Origin: an uncultured Methanosarcinales archaeon
GTDB taxonomy: Archaea; Nanobdellota; Nanobdellia; Woesearchaeales; CAZKBD01
NCBI GenBank assembly: GCA_964550945.1
Contig: CAZKBD010000012.1
Coordinates: 11,602 to 28,694 of the forward strand
Length of the DNA: 17,093 bases
Direction: 5' to 3'
In this document: piece after piece, positions 1 to 6,359 of the stretch
How the letters are laid out: the number at the start of each line of letters is the position of its first letter
Position numbering within the stretch: the stretch's first letter is position 1
Translations under genes and position numbers: made by a program
The notes under the pieces: generated by a model
Databases searched by the model: none
What the model saw: the letters and a program-made list of their open reading frames with translations, nothing else
Told to the model about the DNA's origin: nothing

Positions 1-1
1 A

Positions 2-757
2 TGGCAAGCTGATGCCCGGGCCTATTGCCAGGACAATTGTTATACAGACGAAAGCAGCGGCATAACCAAATGCGGAGCAAACTCTTTCAGCGTTTCCGAA
101 GAATGTTACATGGAATATGGAAAAGAAGGAGTTGTCTTTGTCCCCCCTGAGCCTGAGCACACTTTCCAGGAAGAAACAGCACGAGAAGGATTCTTTAAGC
201 CAAATGATGGCACTTTATTTCTTTTTTATAGGGAAAATTGCCCACATTGTGAGGGCATGGAAAAAGTATTAGATGAAGTGGGAAGTAAACTGAGTGTTTC
301 TGGTGGACTTATAGATGCCGCTGATACAGCCAAGTATGGAACATTGCTCAAAGAAATGGGCATTACTGCTGTGCCTACAATTGTTTACAAAAGAAGCGAT
401 GAGCATTTCATCAAACATTTGGGAAAAGCAGATGCAGCAACTATTATCAATTGGCTCACAGGAAAAGAAACCCCTGTTGAAGGAACAATAAACCGAGAAA
501 AAATAGGAGCAGTAAAAGAAGAAATCTTATTCTGCAAAGATTCCTGCCCTTTCCAAGGGAAATGCTATCCTTTTGGCTATAGGAAAGAGGGAAAATTCTG
601 CTCTGATTCTGGAGCTTTTACCGGCCAGCTGCAAGAAGAGCTAGCTTGTGATAATAATTTTGAATGCTCCTCGAATGTATGCATAGACGGCAAATGCATG
701 AGTTCTGGTTTAATACAGAAATTCATTAAGTGGTTTAAGGGTTGGTTCGGAGCTTGA
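2..757 (+). CDS. Thioredoxin-fold thiol:disulfide oxidoreductase-like protein (CPHC motif) with a C-terminal Cys-rich module. Probably 5'-truncated by the window edge.
   Basis: The tracked ORF is 110..757, but the same frame is open with no stop back to nt 2 (WQADARAYCQDNCYTDESSGITKCGANSFSVSEECY-MEYG...). That stretch is GC-richer than local intergenic DNA, Cys-rich like the C-terminus, and has no TATA or SD before ATG 110. The thioredoxin signature is LFLFYRENCPHCEGMEKVLDEV ... ITAVPTIVY (a CPHC dithiol as in DsbA, plus a cis-Pro-type VPT). The tail is CKDSCPFQGKCYPFG...CSDSG...CDNNFECSSNVCIDGKC, followed by a hydrophobic or amphipathic end, IQKFIKWFKGWFGA. Confidence 0.6.
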   Translation, partial: WQADARAYCQDNCYTDESSGITKCGANSFSVSEECYMEYGKEGVVFVPPEPEHTFQEETAREGFFKPNDGTLFLFYRENCPHCEGMEKVLDEVGSKLSVSGGLIDAADTAKYGTLLKEMGITAVPTIVYKRSDEHFIKHLGKADAATIINWLTGKETPVEGTINREKIGAVKEEILFCKDSCPFQGKCYPFGYRKEGKFCSDSGAFTGQLQEELACDNNFECSSNVCIDGKCMSSGLIQKFIKWFKGWFGA

Positions 758-789
758 AAACTCTAATCTTTTTCTAAACAATCAAAAAA

Positions 790-797
790 TTTATAAC
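790..797 (+). promoter_or_regulatory. Archaeal TATA box (with an A-rich BRE-like stretch upstream) for the aIF5A gene. Implies a leaderless or very short-leader mRNA.
   Basis: caaaaaaTTTATAAC ends 26 nt before ATG 823, and there is no SD in between. It is the same TTTATAA core seen upstream of other genes in this window. Confidence 0.4.
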
Positions 798-822
798 CTA
801 GCTAACTTTTATTATTCAAGAT

Positions 823-1200
823 ATGGCTACTGCGAAGGATCTGGAAAATGGCAGTTATTTCCTGCATAACAGGGAGATAATGAAAGTTATAAGGAAAGAA
901 TTAGTTGCTTATGGCACGCATAGCCATACAAAATTAAAGATATTTGCGCAGCCTTTGTTATCTAGAGGCGAAAAAGCAATAACCATGATGCATCATGATA
1001 AGGTTGAAATTTTAGATATAATGAAGAAAGAAGCTCAAGTGATATCTAAATTACAAGGTAAATTGCAGATAATGGACATTCAAAGCTATGAAACTTTTGA
1101 TGCCCATGCTGAGCCGGCATTAGTGGAGCAAATAAATGAAGGGGACATAGTAACTTTTATAAACTTCAACGGCCAAAACAGGATCATAGAGAAGAGGTGA
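823..1200 (+). CDS. eif5a: Translation initiation factor 5A (aIF5A) homolog
   Basis: It aligns by eye along its full length with archaeal aIF5A. The N-terminal KOW-like part is LENGSYFL...VAYGTHSHTKLKIFA (archaeal consensus S.PGKHG.AKAR). The OB part is KLQIMDIQSYETFDA (consensus VQIMD..TYETFE). 125 aa is a typical size. Confidence 0.8.
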   Translation: MATAKDLENGSYFLHNREIMKVIRKELVAYGTHSHTKLKIFAQPLLSRGEKAITMMHHDKVEILDIMKKEAQVISKLQGKLQIMDIQSYETFDAHAEPALVEQINEGDIVTFINFNGQNRIIEKR

Positions 1201-1226
1201 GCAAATTGAAAACTGCCAGGTTTCGC

Positions 1227-1352
1227 ATGAAAAGCTTTCTGACTTTTATTGTTATAGTAGCAGTGCTGATTTTTGCATACTATCTGATGCAAAACCAATG
1301 GGATGTTCAGTCAGCAGTTCAGGATATGCTAAGCTTATTCTCTAAATCCTAA
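1227..1352 (+). CDS. Possible 41-aa single-pass membrane peptide (hypothetical)
   Basis: This ORF is not in the track; I translated it by hand as MKSFLTFIVIVAVLIFAYYLMQNQWDVQSAVQDMLSLFSKS*. It has one clear hydrophobic helix, lies 27 nt after the aIF5A stop on the same strand, and is followed by a T7 run. There is no convincing SD. Confidence 0.25.
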   Translation: MKSFLTFIVIVAVLIFAYYLMQNQWDVQSAVQDMLSLFSKS

Positions 1353-1366
1353 TTTGCCTATACCTA

Positions 1367-1373
1367 TTTTTTT
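1367..1373 (+). terminator. Oligo-T tract (T7), a candidate archaeal intrinsic terminator for the aIF5A transcription unit
   Basis: tacctaTTTTTTTatt lies 15 nt after the small-ORF stop. Archaeal RNAP terminates at oligo-T tracts. Confidence 0.3.
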
Positions 1374-1396
1374 ATTACGATCATAAACCAAATATA

Positions 1397-2824
1397 TCAC
1401 TCGCTAAAAACCTGCGCTTGGTAAACAAGAACTTCAGTGTTAGGATCTTTCCAGCAGCCTTGGCTTGCGCCGCCTTTAACGCATAAGCTGGATAAGAATT
1501 CTTCTTTGCTATCGAACATCTCCCATACTTGAGGAAGATAGGTGCTCTGGTGCCAGCCAGATTTTATCACAACACCATCAACCATAGGCCTTAACTTCTC
1601 TAATAATTCCTGCGAGTCATTATACTCTAACTTGTAAGGAGATGTTAGGACAGAGACCTCAACCTCAATATCCTTAATCTCATCTTCTGTGACAGGATTA
1701 AATCTGCCATCATTAACAGCTGCATTGACAGCATTATCAATAACGCACTTATAAAGCTCTTCCTGGGGCAAAATATGGCCAATACAGCCTCTTAAATTCC
1801 CATTTTTATTTAATGTAACAAAGCACCCTTGAACTTTTTTCAGTTTCTCAGAAGCATTTCCTTTGATTGTAACTGTTTTCTTATCTTTCACATAAGATTC
1901 AAAAGAAGCTCTTGCTAGTTTTAATAAAAACTCCTGCTCTTCTTTGTTTAATTCTCCTTCTGGTTGTTTTGAAAATTCATCCACAAACATAAATGTAGAA
2001 TAACCAACAACCTTGCTTTTGTCGCCTGTTACATCGCCAGAATTTGCGTAATAAATCAATCTTGGCTTCCAGTTCTTTTCTTTTGCAATCTCCAATAATG
2101 TGGCTACAGCCCATGGAGCATCTATTTCTGCATCCATTATGCCGGCAGAATCAAGGCTTAATATCATTTCTATTGAATAGCCATCTAATTTTTTTGCATC
2201 ATCATAAGGATGATAATGGGACATGTCAACACTCACAACAATCAGATCATCTTCAGAAAGATAGTTTAATAATAATCCTTTTAACTTACTGGTATCCACA
2301 GGGCCCACTAAAATAGGGATGATCTTAAGATTAGCCAACTGTTTTTGTAAAAAAGGAAGCTCTATCTCTAATGAATGCTCATTCTTATCAGCTTCTGGAA
2401 TAGAATCCACAAGCTCTTCATTTAGCATATCACTTGCTTTTTGTGATAACTCAATCTCTCCAAGAGGCGTTTTATAATGAGTCACATTTGATATTGAAAG
2501 CCCTCTTAAAGGATACTGATGAGAAGGGCCTAACAAAAAAACATTCTCATAAGCGTTACCAAGCTGCCTGAAAGCAGTTGCAGCAACCTGGCCAGAATAA
2601 GCATAGCCTGCATGTGGAACGATTATTGCCTTTATGGTGCCATTAGTATCTATCTTTTTAACATTGCTTAAAAATTGCTCAACAGCACTATTAAGCTCTT
2701 CTTGAGTGCCAGGATACCAGCTTCCAGCAACAGCAGGCTCTCTGACTGTTTTTTGCGCAACTTTTCCTTGTTCGCATCCTGCCAAAACAACCAGGCATAC
2801 AACAATAAATAATATTTTTCTCAT
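1397..2824 (-). CDS. Fused Memo-like (AmmeMemoRadiSam protein B type) and AMMECR1 (protein A type) protein with an N-terminal lipoprotein-type signal peptide
   Basis: N-terminus: MRKILFIVVCLVVLAGC (hydrophobic core plus an LAGC lipobox). Memo motifs: AGSWYPG, VPHAGYAYSG, LLGPSH, VSVDMSHY. AMMECR1 motifs: GCFVTL..NGNLRGCIGH, RFNPV, VEVSVLT, STYLPQVW. ATG start at 2824. Confidence 0.85.
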   Translation of the reverse strand: MRKILFIVVCLVVLAGCEQGKVAQKTVREPAVAGSWYPGTQEELNSAVEQFLSNVKKIDTNGTIKAIIVPHAGYAYSGQVAATAFRQLGNAYENVFLLGPSHQYPLRGLSISNVTHYKTPLGEIELSQKASDMLNEELVDSIPEADKNEHSLEIELPFLQKQLANLKIIPILVGPVDTSKLKGLLLNYLSEDDLIVVSVDMSHYHPYDDAKKLDGYSIEMILSLDSAGIMDAEIDAPWAVATLLEIAKEKNWKPRLIYYANSGDVTGDKSKVVGYSTFMFVDEFSKQPEGELNKEEQEFLLKLARASFESYVKDKKTVTIKGNASEKLKKVQGCFVTLNKNGNLRGCIGHILPQEELYKCVIDNAVNAAVNDGRFNPVTEDEIKDIEVEVSVLTSPYKLEYNDSQELLEKLRPMVDGVVIKSGWHQSTYLPQVWEMFDSKEEFLSSLCVKGGASQGCWKDPNTEVLVYQAQVFSE

Positions 2825-2876
2825 ACAAGACTTAATTGATAAGAACTAGTTTAAATTTGTTGTGAATGAATACGAT

Positions 2877-2887
2877 AAAAATAAAAA
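2877..2887 (-). terminator. Oligo-T tract (T5-A-T5 on the minus strand) just downstream of the beta-barrel gene
   Basis: The minus strand reads cTTTTTATTTTTatcg, 14 nt after the stop at 2901. A TATA-like ATTTAAAC (plus-strand coordinates ~2850-2857) follows about 26 nt upstream of ATG 2824. The two genes may therefore be separate transcription units. Confidence 0.35.
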
Positions 2888-2900
2888 GATAGTTTATTAA

Positions 2901-3734
2901 TCAAAAATTATGCCTAACGCCTATATACAAATGATATCCTAAAGGTACATTCCTTTGGTTGTCTTGTGGAACATCAAATCTTACAGCGCCTGTTGCATGC
3001 CATTTTCCTTTGCTGCCGGTATATCTTCCTATTGGCCCAATTTCAAATTTCTTTGTTCCTTCATCTCCCATTGTAGCTAAGGCGTCAATACCTATTCTTA
3101 AATGCTTACCAGCCTTAAGTGTAGGAGATGCTCCTACCGTAAACAAATCTTCACCATGAGGCACATGTGTGTACTTAAAAAGAAAATCCAGCATCGCACC
3201 ACTTGGATATTCTCTTGTTGCGCCAAAATAACTGCCTAAAGTATAAACTCCTTTTCCAAGATTTGCCTTTCCCCCTTCTTTGTAATCGCCTGTTGGAAAG
3301 CCAACCTCAACTCCTAGGATGGAGTCCCAATCGCTATGGAACAGCCTGCCAAATCTAAGTGCGGTGTCGCCAATACCAGAATTTTCATGTTTTAGAGTCA
3401 ATTTTTTTCTTGTTCCATCTTCAGCAACAGTTGTGCTATTTACAACATTATCTATCGAAACAGCTGGCAAAGAAACCGATGCAAACCAATCATCAGTCCT
3501 TCCTTTAAGAGTTAATGTATTTATTGACTTCTCTGATTTTGTATCTTTTTTGTTTCCTTTATCATCAGCAGACTCGCTCTTAGCCCTATACGTGTCACTT
3601 ACAACTTCAGCCTGAAATGAAAGCTTTCTTCCTTCATCAGGCGGCGGAAGTGGTTTGCCGTTATAAAGGTCAGCAGATGCTGTTCCACTAACTGCTAACA
3701 CACTTGCGCTTAGACTCGCTAAAAATCGTTTCAT
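2901..3734 (-). CDS. Secreted beta-barrel protein resembling bacterial outer-membrane 'MetA-pathway of phenol degradation'-type transporters
   Basis: Sec signal MKRFLASLSASVLAVSGTASA|DL. About 12 alternating amphipathic strands. Family-like motifs SGIGDTALRFG, VGFPTGDY and LGKG. The C-terminus ends in ...YIGVRHNF (terminal Phe, as in OMP sorting signals). A strong SD, GAGGAGGT, lies 3-4 nt upstream of the ATG. Confidence 0.6.
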   Translation of the reverse strand: MKRFLASLSASVLAVSGTASADLYNGKPLPPPDEGRKLSFQAEVVSDTYRAKSESADDKGNKKDTKSEKSINTLTLKGRTDDWFASVSLPAVSIDNVVNSTTVAEDGTRKKLTLKHENSGIGDTALRFGRLFHSDWDSILGVEVGFPTGDYKEGGKANLGKGVYTLGSYFGATREYPSGAMLDFLFKYTHVPHGEDLFTVGASPTLKAGKHLRIGIDALATMGDEGTKKFEIGPIGRYTGSKGKWHATGAVRFDVPQDNQRNVPLGYHLYIGVRHNF

Positions 3735-3776
3735 TATAACCTCCTCAATGATTTATTATCACTATTAAATGGTGTC

Positions 3777-3786
3777 TATATATAAA
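3777..3786 (-). promoter_or_regulatory. TATA box for the beta-barrel gene (minus strand TTTATATATA)
   Basis: It lies 43 nt upstream of ATG 3734, leaving room for a short leader that carries the SD GAGGAGGT (3738..3746). Confidence 0.35.
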
Positions 3787-3816
3787 TCTTTGTGGTATTG
3801 TTACAACACCATTAAA

Positions 3817-3824
3817 TTTATATA
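3817..3824 (+). promoter_or_regulatory. TATA box for the TrmB-family gene (TTTATATA). Leaderless spacing.
   Basis: aaaTTTATATAc ends 23 nt before ATG 3847, with no SD. Confidence 0.4.
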
Positions 3825-3846
3825 CTAGTTTGTATCACTAATTCTC

Positions 3847-4581
3847 ATGGAACTCGAAATACTCAGAAAGATAGGCCTTTCGAATGGGGAGATAACAATA
3901 TACTCTGCATTATTAGAGCTAGGAACAGCTCCCGTTAATAAGATCCATGAGAAAACAGGAATAGAGAGGAGAAACATCTATGATATCCTCAATAAGCTGA
4001 TTGAAAGAGGACTGATAAATTATATCATGGAAAATAAGAGAAGAATATTCCAAATTACGCATCCCACAAGGATAATAGGCTATATCGAAGAAAAAAAACA
4101 CGACTTAGAGATTACAGAGCAGGAAATAAAAAAGGAGATACCTCAATTAATTGGAAAATTCAACCTTACAAAACCGGAGATAAACTCTGAAATCTACAGG
4201 GGCTATGAAGGGGTTAAGGCGGTTTGGGAAGACATGCTGAACTATAAGGAAAATTGTTTTATTGGCTCTGGAAGATATGTGCCAAAGGCTTTGCCTCACT
4301 GGTTTGCCAATTGGAATAAAAGAAGGATAAACTTAAAAGTCAGGTGGTACAATATATTTAGGCATGAATTTAGGAACCAGGTTAAGCCATTTACTTATGA
4401 ATACCAAAAATTCCTGCCTAAGGAGTTCAGTGGAAATCCAGCTGCAATAGTCATATACGGAAACAAAACAGTAAACTTCATGCTAGGAAAGGAATTTTTC
4501 GCATTTGTCATCGAAAGCAGGGATATTGCAGAAAACTATAGGAAGTACCACAAATACCTTTGGGATAATGTTTGCGAGTAA
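3847..4581 (+). CDS. TrmB-family transcriptional regulator
   Basis: The N-terminal winged-HTH is typical of TrmB: LRKIGLSNGEITIYSALLELGTAPVNKIHEKTGIERRNIYDILNKLIERGLINYI. It is followed by a coiled linker and a ~130-aa C-terminal domain. Confidence 0.8.
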   Translation: MELEILRKIGLSNGEITIYSALLELGTAPVNKIHEKTGIERRNIYDILNKLIERGLINYIMENKRRIFQITHPTRIIGYIEEKKHDLEITEQEIKKEIPQLIGKFNLTKPEINSEIYRGYEGVKAVWEDMLNYKENCFIGSGRYVPKALPHWFANWNKRRINLKVRWYNIFRHEFRNQVKPFTYEYQKFLPKEFSGNPAAIVIYGNKTVNFMLGKEFFAFVIESRDIAENYRKYHKYLWDNVCE

Positions 4582-4589
4582 TCTTTAGC

Positions 4590-4730
4590 CTACTTAGTGT
4601 TTTTGTGTTTCCTATCACCAAAATCAGGCTTATCCTCTTCATCTCTCACTTTAGAAGCATCCTGCTCGCACTGAAAGCAATATCTTTCATCAGGATCCAG
4701 CTTTTTTCCGCAATACGGGCATTTTGCCAT
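4590..4730 (-). CDS. 46-aa zinc-ribbon protein (CPYC-x11-CFQC), not in the ORF track
   Basis: Hand translation of the minus strand: MAKCPYCGKKLDPDERYCFQCEQDASKVRDEEDKPDFGDRKHKNTK*. It has two CxxC knuckles and an acidic-then-basic tail. Its ATG lies 4 nt after the stop of the upstream M50 protease gene on the same strand. This explains the region better than the tracked +strand ORF 4572..4757. Confidence 0.55.
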   Translation of the reverse strand: MAKCPYCGKKLDPDERYCFQCEQDASKVRDEEDKPDFGDRKHKNTK

Positions 4731-4734
4731 TTCC

Positions 4735-5349
4735 TCACCCTGTTAAATTCTGGCTAAGCAGCAAGCCAATGCCAATGATTACCATGACCGCATAAGCTAT
4801 TTTATTCCATTGAAGGATCTTTTTTCCGTCAAAATTCAAAAATGGGATCATGTTAAACAAGCCAAGCCATGTATTAATCAGATATCCGTAAAAGAATATC
4901 TTTGAAGGAGAAATAAAAACCAAGCCAGCTAAAAACAATGCTGCCATTATCAGGTTCATCAAAGGCCCTGCCATCGAGATTATGCCGTTCCTTCTTCTTC
5001 CAACAGGCCCTGCAATCATTACAGCGCCTGGGGCGGCAAAAACAAATCCAAAAAAAGACATGACAATAGCCAAAAAAAGCATCGTGTCAAATGACCTGAA
5101 CTCAGCAAAGCATCCATAATGCTGCGCAACCAATTTATGCCCTAATTCATGGATTAAAAAACCAAGGCCGACTGTTAATGCTGATATCAGCAGCATAGTG
5201 ACAAAGCTAAGGGAGAATATGCTGCCCTGGTTCAGCACAATGCCAAATGCTATAGATATCGCTATCCAGGCCTTCAAAATGTTGTTAATCTCGATACTTG
5301 AAGTAGTAAAAGGCCCTAATCTTATTGGTTTTGAGCGGGTAAACTCCAT
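4735..5349 (-). CDS. M50-family site-2 protease (intramembrane zinc metalloprotease)
   Basis: HExxH sits inside a TM helix (FLIHELGHKLVAQHYG). The second metal-ligand motif is NMIPFLNFDG. There are about 6 hydrophobic helices. Confidence 0.85.
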   Translation of the reverse strand: MEFTRSKPIRLGPFTTSSIEINNILKAWIAISIAFGIVLNQGSIFSLSFVTMLLISALTVGLGFLIHELGHKLVAQHYGCFAEFRSFDTMLFLAIVMSFFGFVFAAPGAVMIAGPVGRRRNGIISMAGPLMNLIMAALFLAGLVFISPSKIFFYGYLINTWLGLFNMIPFLNFDGKKILQWNKIAYAVMVIIGIGLLLSQNLTG

Positions 5350-5432
5350 TTTAGTTTCCTATAATTGCAGCCATTTATTAATTTAACTATTCCCCGCTCA
5401 GTTTGTTAAAAATTGCCCATAAAACCGATAGC

Positions 5433-5440
5433 TTTAAATA
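5433..5440 (+). promoter_or_regulatory. TATA-like box (TTTAAATA) for ORF 5464. Leaderless spacing.
   Basis: It ends 24 nt before ATG 5464. Confidence 0.3.
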
Positions 5441-5463
5441 TCACTACTACTTAATAGTTAAAA

Positions 5464-5799
5464 ATGGCAATAAAATATTTATTAATCGCAGCAATAGTGG
5501 TTTTTTTATTTAGCGGATGTTCCCAAACTGATAATATACAATCTTCTGAACAGCAATTCATGACCTATGTTGTTGACGGTTCTCAGGGAACAATGGACAC
5601 TTACACAATCTCAGAATACCAGCCAATTGATTTATCTGAATCTTTTGAGCAGGACAGAGCTGATATAGAATCCCAACGTAAATATGAAGCAGTCAGAAAC
5701 CAAGCTGACCGAGAGAAAAAAGAGAGCGAAAGATTAAAATGCTACAAAAAACACGATAAAAACGAAACAGAATACTATCTAGAAGAATGCGAAAATTAA
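5464..5799 (+). CDS. Small putative lipoprotein (hypothetical)
   Basis: MAIKYLLIAAIVVFLFSGC is a signal peptide with a lipobox-like FSGC. The rest is polar and charged, with no recognisable domain. Confidence 0.5.
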   Translation: MAIKYLLIAAIVVFLFSGCSQTDNIQSSEQQFMTYVVDGSQGTMDTYTISEYQPIDLSESFEQDRADIESQRKYEAVRNQADREKKESERLKCYKKHDKNETEYYLEECEN

Positions 5800-6359
5800 G
5801 TGTCAACAAAAATCATGTGCTTCTCTTTTCCTTTTATTTCTGCAAATATCCTCTTTATAATTGCCTTTTTTGGATCAGGCATCAGCTTAACCCTTTTCTT
5901 TATGTCTTCAAAATTCTCAAATGGCTTCTCTTTCCTTGCTTCAATTATCTCCCACATATGCTTTTTTCCAAGTCCTGGCAATAATTCAAGCTGGTGCATT
6001 CTGGTGCTTAATGGCTGAGCCTTGTTGTAGAAGTCAACAAAGCGCTTTTCATTTTTATTCACTATCTCTTTCACAATATACTCTAATTCATTCTTTGCTG
6101 TTTCTGTCAGCTTTTCAACCGGAAGCTTTCCCAATATATGGTGGATATCATCTCTTTTTCCTTCTCCAATGTAGACTACTGCATGAGGCTGCAGATGAAC
6201 ATCCTTTTTTGGCACTAACTCAAGCAAAACAAAATGCTCCTGGCCTAGAGCCTGGGCTATTGCAGTCTTTACATATGTTGGCCTTGAATCAAATGGATAG
6301 CCGTAAGGCAAAAAATCAAGGACAATTGCGAATTCTTCTTTTTGGGTGTCCATTTTCAT
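5796..6359 (-). CDS. DUF655-family protein (archaeal predicted RNA/nucleic-acid-binding protein with a helix-hairpin-helix)
   Basis: EEFAIVLDFLPYGY..., FVLLELVPKK, VVYIGEGKRD, RFVDFYNKAQPLSTRMHQLELLPGLGKKHMWEII..R...F.NFEDIKKRV. This family classically sits next to rpl21e-rpoF in archaea, as it does here. Confidence 0.8.
   Translation of the reverse strand: MKMDTQKEEFAIVLDFLPYGYPFDSRPTYVKTAIAQALGQEHFVLLELVPKKDVHLQPHAVVYIGEGKRDDIHHILGKLPVEKLTETAKNELEYIVKEIVNKNEKRFVDFYNKAQPLSTRMHQLELLPGLGKKHMWEIIEARKEKPFENFEDIKKRVKLMPDPKKAIIKRIFAEIKGKEKHMIFVDT

Noticed and set aside
1086-1298. Tracked 70-aa minus-strand ORF overlapping the 3' end of eif5a
   Set aside because: It is antisense to a well-supported gene, has low-complexity hydrophobic content and shows no motif. 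It is probably a shadow ORF.
2044-2316. Tracked 90-aa plus-strand ORF inside the Memo-AMMECR1 gene
   Set aside because: It is an antisense shadow of a confidently identified CDS.
2959-3615. Tracked plus-strand ORFs 2959..3159 and 3319..3615 inside the beta-barrel gene
   Set aside because: They are antisense shadows. Their Ser/Pro/Leu-rich translations are typical of reverse frames.
3919-4101. Tracked 60-aa minus-strand ORF inside the TrmB-family gene
   Set aside because: It is an antisense shadow with no start context.
4572-4757. Tracked 61-aa plus-strand ORF bridging the TrmB and M50 gene ends
   Set aside because: It overlaps both neighbours' 3' ends and has a low-complexity Leu/Phe/Ile/Ser translation. 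The minus-strand zinc-ribbon ORF 4590..4730, with two CxxC pairs, explains the region better.
5198-5386. Tracked 62-aa plus-strand ORF over the 5' end of the M50 protease gene
   Set aside because: It is an antisense shadow.
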